Shown in pieces: positions 25,733-32,000 of a DNA stretch of 32,000 nt. The translations under genes were made by a program, and so were the position numbers. The stretch spans positions 2,970,001 to 3,002,000 of the forward strand of contig NZ_CP021983.2 in assembly GCF_002075285.3 (NCBI RefSeq), read 5' to 3'. The first letter of the stretch is position 1, and each line of letters starts with the position of its first letter. The notes beneath the pieces are model-generated. The model was not told the DNA's origin. It was given only the letters and a program-made list of their open reading frames with translations, and did not search any database. The DNA is from Halomicronema hongdechloris C2206. Lineage in GTDB: Bacteria; Cyanobacteriota; Cyanobacteriia; Phormidesmidales; Phormidesmidaceae.

Positions 25733-28700
25733 CTACTCCGGCAACATTTCTGAGGCGTGAACGGCAACCCGGACGGGTACCTGATACATGATGTAAGCCA
25801 TTTCAGCGGCACTGACGCTACCCGTCCAGGTCACTTGCACATCTTCTGCGTGCTGCCGTTGGCCTTCCTCGTCACTAGCTGGGGGTGTATCGTCAAGTGC
25901 CACCCCAGGCGTCATCGTTGGTCGGACGAAACTTCCAGCCGCACTTCCCGGCAGTACATCCTCCCAGGACAAGTCATTCCAGTACCGCTTGGTACCTCCA
26001 CCTGCCCCATCTTGGTCGATATCAAAGCCGAAGCGGGGTTCTACGCCACGTTCCTCAATCACGAAGAACCAACCCGGAAAATCAGGATTCGTCTCCGTTT
26101 CCCCTCGGGCTTCCTCTGCTTTCAGATCAATACCAAAGCAATAGGTATCTGGATCTACCTTGGCTTCATAGAGGGGCGTGCGGATTTTATCCGGGGGAGG
26201 GTTCTCCTCCTCATCCGCTGCCAGAGGACACAGCATCCGGGGTTTGGTCTTGTCAATTTCACCATCATCAGTCAGCTGCCAATCTGCCCGTTGGGCATAG
26301 ATTACCGCCGTGGGATACTTTTTCAATAGCTCGCCTCGAATCACTAAGACCAGTTCTTCTTCCTTGTCCCCTTGTGCTTCCCGGTGGTCATGGTCCCCCA
26401 AGTTGGAAAACCTTGACCACCGATGCAGAGGCGGAATGTCTCGCAGTCGTTCTTTCAGGGCTTCCTGGTCGGTGTTGTCGCGATCCAGGAAGCTACTCAC
26501 ATCCCAAAACTGGCGAAAATAGCTGCCCCGCTGGTAGGTAGGGTATTCTCGCCAGAGGAGTTCTCGAGCGAATTCGTGATTGAGTCCCACCATGTAGGCT
26601 TCGATGAAGCGCTGGTTAGTTTCTAGCAGGGAGATACTATTTTGCTCAATGTATTGCAGGTTGGGCAGAAACAACTCGTCTGAGATCTCCACCAGAGGCT
26701 TGTACATGGGGATGTCGAACTCTGGATAGGCCATCGCCTCTTCAAAAATTTCGAAGAGGGCATCTTTAATCCGGGGGGGAATAAAAATTGTCGTCAGAGT
26801 CGCCCGAGGAATGGTTACATCGGGGTTGATCGCCTGAAACGTCCCCGCTGTTAAAGCAGGCAGATCCAATGAACTTTTGGGTGGTTCCTGAGCAACTTGG
26901 TGACTCGCCTGAATGAGGCGGTAGGTATCTTTGAGGGCGGCCTTGAATCGGGTAGCCTCAGCACTATCGGCATTGCCCTGACTGGGCCGAACATCTTCAT
27001 TCGGTCGGGTCAGGACAAAGTCGGGGCTTTGGGGTAAATCGTCTACTCGTTCGGGGGTTTGATTCTCTTCCTTGAGGCTATCGGCAGCTTTGGTCTGTCT
27101 GCCAATGGCATTCAGATAGAAGAAGACGATTAAGGCAAGAATCCCCACGATTAACCCCGCTAATCCCCAGAGCAGTGCCACTATCAAGGCGATCAGCAGC
27201 AAGATCAGAAACCTCAGCCATGATGGGATGCGGCGCACTAAATCTAGAATTATCCCCGGTACTTGGGGTAGCATTTCTTCTGCGAGTTCATCTAGAGTCG
27301 GTAAGCTGGGGGGCGTGGTTTTCGGGGGGGCCGGGAAGACGTCCCGGTTGTTGAGACGCGTCACCAGGGATTCGGGCGGGCGGTTGGCAGGAAAGTTAAG
27401 CTTCTTGATCAGGCGTGATCGCGATCGCATCATCCGTCGCATGGGAGCCGCCACCGCAGTGCGGGGGACATAGCTGGTTCTCATCGCATGGAACCGGGTG
27501 GTGCCCTCCACCAGAATGCGCCGATCCAGCGGAGCCGTCAGGGTGAAAAAGCGATCGGGGTTGGTGTCTTTGAGGGACCCCAAGTGATCGTTGTACCAGA
27601 TCCAGGAAATCTCCTTGGCAACTTGTGCCCACTTGATCTGTTGGTTGGCTTTGAGAATTTCACCAACTTGGCCCCAGGCAGCATCCATATAGGCTTCCTG
27701 GTTTTTCTTAATCACCTCGGTGCCAAAGCCAGCGGCAGCGCGAAACCGAGGATCCAGGTTGAGATCATGAACCCAGTTGCTGTTTTGAGGCAAGTCATTG
27801 CCCGTTTCATCCGTGAGCAGACGCTGCATTTTGGCGTGCCAGCGTCCATAGAGCGGGGGCGTAATCAGAGGATCGGGATCGGGATCAGTACTGATGGGGT
27901 CAGGCAAATTGGGATCGCTATTGGCGGTTTCAGCCTCCAAGCGGCTATAGCCCTCCGCCAAATTGATGAAGGCCGCCAACTCTGACTGAAATGGATGGGG
28001 ATAGGGCTGATCCCAGTTTTCGTATTTCAGAACTTCTTGCTGGTCTTCCTCCTTGAGGGTGTCAAAGGGAATTTGCAAGGCACCACCGAGCTTCAACACC
28101 CCTCCCAGTTCTGGATCAGTAATGCCCGGCAGGTTGGCGTCGGGAAACTGCACATCCATGTCCCGCCGTCCCACCCGGCTGTCCATCGGCTTGGGCTTGA
28201 GCAACCGCACCAGGTACTCAAAATCACCAGCAGTGCTGGTACGGAAATACCAGCGATAATAGACAGGATAGTGGGTCGGCTCTTGCCGAGGGTTGGATGC
28301 TCCTTCAGGATATGCATCCCAGGCACAGTGGGTAGCGTAGGGAGCCGTGATCGGATCCAGCCCCAATCCAGCCAGCCGTCCGGTTTCAAAGACGGGCATG
28401 AGAAATGCGTGGTAAGCCGTATTCGGAGCCAGCTTGCGGGGCGACACAATCCGCGAATAGGCCAGGTCTGGATTTTGTTTCAGCGTTTGCTGCAACTGGG
28501 CAAGTACAGGATCATTCTCATCGGCCTCAATCACCATATCGGTACTTCCAGCCATCAGGCTTTTGTTGATATGAACATGGGCCCAGGCCCAGAGATCCGC
28601 CGAGGGGGGAAAGACCGAGGGATCCTCAACAATGAGGTAGGGGAGGGGGCGCTCGCTCCCACTGCTCCCCTGCTGAAATTCTTCCTCAGTCAGCACCACC

Positions 28701-29077
28701 AGCATGATCCAGGGGCGCAGCCGATTGTTAGAGTTATCGGGTTTGGCCGGGGTATAAAGCCAGGGAAAATCTGGGTAGGGAAACTCGATATGGGGAAGGA
28801 AATTCGTCTCAAAATTGGTGATCCAGTTGCGCGGTTCGACCTTTAGAATGGCCTTGCTGTCAATGCCGACAATATCACCAGGGCCATAAAGCTCAATATC
28901 CTGGGAAATCTCCTGCTCTAGTGGAGTCGTGCCCTCTATGGGATCGCCCTTGAGCTTGAGGGTAATGGGGACCGACGCTCGGGTTTTGACAGCTGGATCC
29001 AGATCGGTAGCGTTAATCCGGTTGGCTATGCCTTGGCGCAGCCATGGCAGGAAGGTATAGGTGCCCAGTTCAGTCAT
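25733..29077 (-). CDS. Giant-operon gene 2: 1114-aa uncharacterised protein with central transmembrane hairpin
   Basis: An uninterrupted 3.3-kb ORF that starts 9 nt after the stop of the upstream gene. There is no signal peptide (MTELGTYTFLPWLRQGIANR). The hydrophobic stretch SWLRFLILLLIALIVALLWGLAGLIVGILALIVFFYLNAI spans residues 618-657 (nt 27107-27226). I recognised no known domain. Confidence 0.93.
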   Translation of the reverse strand: MTELGTYTFLPWLRQGIANRINATDLDPAVKTRASVPITLKLKGDPIEGTTPLEQEISQDIELYGPGDIVGIDSKAILKVEPRNWITNFETNFLPHIEFPYPDFPWLYTPAKPDNSNNRLRPWIMLVVLTEEEFQQGSSGSERPLPYLIVEDPSVFPPSADLWAWAHVHINKSLMAGSTDMVIEADENDPVLAQLQQTLKQNPDLAYSRIVSPRKLAPNTAYHAFLMPVFETGRLAGLGLDPITAPYATHCAWDAYPEGASNPRQEPTHYPVYYRWYFRTSTAGDFEYLVRLLKPKPMDSRVGRRDMDVQFPDANLPGITDPELGGVLKLGGALQIPFDTLKEEDQQEVLKYENWDQPYPHPFQSELAAFINLAEGYSRLEAETANSDPNLPDPISTDPDPDPLITPPLYGRWHAKMQRLLTDETGNDLPQNSNWVHDLNLDPRFRAAAGFGTEVIKKNQEAYMDAAWGQVGEILKANQQIKWAQVAKEISWIWYNDHLGSLKDTNPDRFFTLTAPLDRRILVEGTTRFHAMRTSYVPRTAVAAPMRRMMRSRSRLIKKLNFPANRPPESLVTRLNNRDVFPAPPKTTPPSLPTLDELAEEMLPQVPGIILDLVRRIPSWLRFLILLLIALIVALLWGLAGLIVGILALIVFFYLNAIGRQTKAADSLKEENQTPERVDDLPQSPDFVLTRPNEDVRPSQGNADSAEATRFKAALKDTYRLIQASHQVAQEPPKSSLDLPALTAGTFQAINPDVTIPRATLTTIFIPPRIKDALFEIFEEAMAYPEFDIPMYKPLVEISDELFLPNLQYIEQNSISLLETNQRFIEAYMVGLNHEFARELLWREYPTYQRGSYFRQFWDVSSFLDRDNTDQEALKERLRDIPPLHRWSRFSNLGDHDHREAQGDKEEELVLVIRGELLKKYPTAVIYAQRADWQLTDDGEIDKTKPRMLCPLAADEEENPPPDKIRTPLYEAKVDPDTYCFGIDLKAEEARGETETNPDFPGWFFVIEERGVEPRFGFDIDQDGAGGGTKRYWNDLSWEDVLPGSAAGSFVRPTMTPGVALDDTPPASDEEGQRQHAEDVQVTWTGSVSAAEMAYIMYQVPVRVAVHASEMLPE
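27421..27428. repeat. HIP1 octamer GCGATCGC
   Basis: Exact octamer read at these coordinates. Confidence 0.95.
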
Positions 29078-29086
29078 GATCTTGTC

Positions 29087-32000
29087 TCATGCGTCGATAT
29101 TGACCTCATCGGATAAGATGACGTGGAGCAACTCTCGGCGCGTGGCATCTTTGGCAACCTCTGCCTGCATAAATTCACGGGCCTTAGCCTCACTAGTAAA
29201 GATCGCCTGCTGGCTGATCGCCTTGTTATCAACCGTAGATGCCACCACAAATTGTTCGGGCCTGAGCGTAATTTTTTCGTCAAATGGCTGGAATTGCCGT
29301 TTGTAATGCAGAGATACCACTGATTTCGTGATGACGCTGCCGTTGAGGAAAAGGTTAAACAGCCGACTGACCAAACCCAGCAGGGCAATCAATGCAAATA
29401 GGGAGTTGGTGTCGATAATATGAGTCTCCCAGCGGATGTTGCGCTTGACCGCTTTACCTGTGGCCAGGGATCGATCTGAAACTGCCAGTTCCAATCCTGC
29501 ATCTTCCGGTTGGAAGGCTGCCTGAGAGAGCTTCTCGTCGTCTTTGAAATCCTGGAATTGAGCAATGGCAAATTGCTCGGTCAGATCTTTTACCTTCTTC
29601 AAGCCACCGACCACTTCCAGATAAAACCGCTTGCCATCACTGGGTTTTTGACTACCCACCTTGTCGAGCCGGATACCCAGCGGCACTGCCCGTTGCGTCA
29701 CCATCAGGGTGCCAGCCGGAGGCAACACCAGGCTCTCATTGTCCTCCTCTCGCTTCCGTAAGGACACCGGCAGATTGCTCGATGTCGGCAGCCGAACCTG
29801 CCAGTTTGCCAGCTGTTGCAGTTGCCCTTGCAGCAAGGGCAAGACCTCAATCGGCGGTAAGGAGGTATCTTTCTTTTCACCCCAGGTGAAGTCAAAGTTG
29901 GCTTTGATGGTGAAGAAGAGCAGCTTGAGTTTGCCGTATCCCTTGGCGCGCCAGGGTGTCGGCCCCTCTAGGGAGAACCGCAGTTCGATGCTGAACAGCC
30001 CAATGCCAAAGACCTTGAGGGAGACTCCACAGGATATCTCGATAATGAAGAAGAAGGGATTGAACTGAAACAGGGCGTCAAAGCCGCAATGGCCTTCAAG
30101 ATTAAAGACCTTAAAGCCAAAGAACAATTCTGCTCTGGCCCCCAATTGCACCGTATTAGAGGTGATGGCAAAGTAATTCATCACCCGAATCCGACCCCAG
30201 GATTCGTTCAGGATATTGAGGGAAACCCGCTTGGGAGTGGGGAAGGGCAGCGGTGGCGGTGTGAACTGCGGGTGGAAGCCCCCCACACTAACCACGAAGT
30301 TGCTGTCATTGCCCCAGGCAATGAGTAGCCCCATCTCTCCTTCAAGGGTGATAAAGAGGATCCGTGACTCAAAGAGACTGGCAAAGAAGTAGGCCCGCTG
30401 CTTGTCAAACTCAAGGACACCAATGAAAAGAACCTTAAGTACGAGTAGGGGAACTCTTTCGTCTGGCAGCGCCACCTTGAGAATGCCCAAAATGGCAATG
30501 TTGCCTGGAATCTCAAAGATGATACCAAGGGTAAAAGTAATCAGAGCCGGGGTTCCCCAACCCAGTTTGACCATGGGGCCAATCAGGAAGATTCCCTCTT
30601 CTGGTGGGAAGAACTGCCGTAGATCACTGATAATCCTGGGTGCATTGACGATCACATTCCGTGGGAACATGATGCTCTCAGTTGCTCCGGTTCGAATGCC
30701 TTCGGTTAAGGGTTCGGGCTTCATGGTGCGATTCAGCCCCAACAGACCCCCAACTCCCAGCAAGACAAAACCATACCCGAGCTGAAACCCTGAGCCAAAT
30801 TCAGCAGAAAGGATCAGTAATAAGGAAAAGCCCTTAGAACCATCTGGCAGGCGCGTGGTGATCAGGCCAATTGCCGTAACGCTGACGATGCCAATCAGCT
30901 CAAGGGATAGAATGCCATCGTACTGTTCTTTCTCGGGGTAAAAACGGAGGAAGCCGCCGCCTCTTATCACACCTGCATCTACTGCTAGCCCAACACCCTT
31001 AGGGGGGTTGAATCCAATATCTAAATCAACGGGACCAAGATTTCCATTCTGGTTCGCAGGGAAACTGAGATCTGCCCGCATGCCAATTTGTTCGATCGCC
31101 GCGATTAGAGGGCCAAAATTGGCATTGATATCAGCACTCAGGCTAATAGGAATCTCACTGGCATCAATCCCCACGCCAATAGTGATCGCCTTAACTTTGA
31201 CGACCCCAAGGTCAATATGAGCTGGCAATTGGACCAGTAAAGAACTGCTGCCATAGAAGAAAATGCCGTCTGGACCAGAAAAGCCAAAACCAAGATCAAA
31301 ATTGGATTCCAGTTTGATGTTCGACAAGATCCTAGTTAGGAAACCATCTCCTTGACTGAAATCAATGAGGAGTTTTCCGCCCTTAACTTCCCCGCCGATT
31401 GTGAAATCACCTATCGCTCGGTTTGCAGACGGATCCCAGGCAAAACCTATTCCTGCTCTCATGGACAGTTGTGTCGCTTCTAGGCGACTACCACCGGGTC
31501 GCCCCAAAATCAGGTAAGGATCACCGTTCTTATCGCCACCAATCCACTCTAAAAATGACTCCCCTTTGAGTTGTCCCGATGGAGGAATAAATGCAACCTT
31601 TCCATCAGGTTGGATGATTATTTCAACACCCGGCACCAGATCAGTATTTGAGATAAAGCGAATTATCCAGTCATCAAGTCCATACTCTTCACTGTCTACG
31701 ATGATCCGATCGAGCAAGGATAACTCTAATCCTTTAGGATTGATATTCGTTTCTGGTTTTGCTTCCAGATAAATTAAATCTAAGACGGGGGTGGCAGCTG
31801 TCTGATCGAAGATGGCAGGCACACCACTACGGTTCAATAATTTTTCGAGGGTGCTCAATAAACGAATGCCATCAAAAGAAGAACGACCCCAATCATAGAG
31901 GTTTTCAAGGTGTTCTCCGGGCCGACTAATAAAATGAGTGAATTGATTGAGCTTTATTTTTCGGCTGGTATAGGTGAAATCGCCAGATATATTTTCCTGC
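29087..32000 (-). CDS. Giant-operon gene 1: at least 970-aa protein, DUF6603-like, 5' end outside window
   Basis: The track gives a TTG start at 31858. My own translation of the same frame upstream is stop-free to the window edge (QENISGDFTYTSRKIKLNQFTHFISRPGEHLENLYDWGRSSFDGIRLLSTLEK...), so the gene probably continues beyond 32000. The core block GGGFLRFYPEKEQYDGILSLELIGIVSVTAIGLITTRLPDGSKGFSLLLILSAEFGSGFQLGYGFVLLGVGGLLGLNRTM (nt 30725-30961) matches what I remember of DUF6603 proteins. That match is from memory only and is not verified. Confidence 0.88.
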   Translation of the reverse strand, partial: QENISGDFTYTSRKIKLNQFTHFISRPGEHLENLYDWGRSSFDGIRLLSTLEKLLNRSGVPAIFDQTAATPVLDLIYLEAKPETNINPKGLELSLLDRIIVDSEEYGLDDWIIRFISNTDLVPGVEIIIQPDGKVAFIPPSGQLKGESFLEWIGGDKNGDPYLILGRPGGSRLEATQLSMRAGIGFAWDPSANRAIGDFTIGGEVKGGKLLIDFSQGDGFLTRILSNIKLESNFDLGFGFSGPDGIFFYGSSSLLVQLPAHIDLGVVKVKAITIGVGIDASEIPISLSADINANFGPLIAAIEQIGMRADLSFPANQNGNLGPVDLDIGFNPPKGVGLAVDAGVIRGGGFLRFYPEKEQYDGILSLELIGIVSVTAIGLITTRLPDGSKGFSLLLILSAEFGSGFQLGYGFVLLGVGGLLGLNRTMKPEPLTEGIRTGATESIMFPRNVIVNAPRIISDLRQFFPPEEGIFLIGPMVKLGWGTPALITFTLGIIFEIPGNIAILGILKVALPDERVPLLVLKVLFIGVLEFDKQRAYFFASLFESRILFITLEGEMGLLIAWGNDSNFVVSVGGFHPQFTPPPLPFPTPKRVSLNILNESWGRIRVMNYFAITSNTVQLGARAELFFGFKVFNLEGHCGFDALFQFNPFFFIIEISCGVSLKVFGIGLFSIELRFSLEGPTPWRAKGYGKLKLLFFTIKANFDFTWGEKKDTSLPPIEVLPLLQGQLQQLANWQVRLPTSSNLPVSLRKREEDNESLVLPPAGTLMVTQRAVPLGIRLDKVGSQKPSDGKRFYLEVVGGLKKVKDLTEQFAIAQFQDFKDDEKLSQAAFQPEDAGLELAVSDRSLATGKAVKRNIRWETHIIDTNSLFALIALLGLVSRLFNLFLNGSVITKSVVSLHYKRQFQPFDEKITLRPEQFVVASTVDNKAISQQAIFTSEAKAREFMQAEVAKDATRRELLHVILSDEVNIDA

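Noticed and set aside
19250-28846. Long plus-strand ORFs antisense to the giant operon (for example 19250-19954, 23754-24434, 25757-26541, 27488-27985, 27995-28846)
   Set aside because: Each lies fully inside a far longer minus-strand ORF. They have skewed Gly/Arg/Pro composition and no start-site context, as expected for antisense open frames in coding DNA.
1-32000. CRISPR arrays, rRNA, tRNA and tmRNA/RNase P-type genes
   Set aside because: I saw no regularly spaced direct repeats. I saw no rRNA-like conserved stretches and no cloverleaf-compatible sequence in any intergenic gap. A covariance-model scan (Infernal/tRNAscan-SE) would be needed to exclude small ncRNAs.

Overview
This looks like a chromosomal segment of a cyanobacterium. 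The evidence is sasA, a CpcS-type phycobilin lyase gene, and 13 exact copies of the HIP1 octamer GCGATCGC.

The left 17.9 kb is mostly ordinary housekeeping. It carries a partial YihY/BrkB membrane protein gene, sasA, a GT4 glycosyltransferase and a small secreted hypothetical. It also carries a cpcS-like lyase, a MESH1-type HD-domain (p)ppGpp hydrolase, leuC and a Crp/Fnr regulator. A GH13_18 sucrose-phosphorylase-family enzyme lies convergent with glgX. An M24B Xaa-Pro aminopeptidase gene has its catalytic core displaced by two compensating frameshifts.

This housekeeping block is interrupted at about 5.5-8.3 kb by an AT-rich, HIP1-free islet. The islet is bracketed by IS66-like and IS4/IS701-like transposase remnants. 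It carries one intact gene for an unusual PhyH-type Fe(II)/2OG dioxygenase fused to a C-terminal Rieske [2Fe-2S] domain.

The right 14 kb (17996-32000, minus strand) is the most striking feature. It holds four tightly coupled ORFs encoding giant proteins of at least 970, 1114, 1931 and 647 aa. By eye I found no signal peptides, P-loops or protease motifs, and no hallmark of a characterised secretion, toxin or tail-like system. The first protein resembles what I remember of DUF6603 proteins. The second has a central transmembrane hairpin. The third starts with a Q/R-rich coiled coil. I regard this operon as the candidate undescribed system. Its 5' end runs off the window.

I recognised no rRNA, tRNA or CRISPR array.
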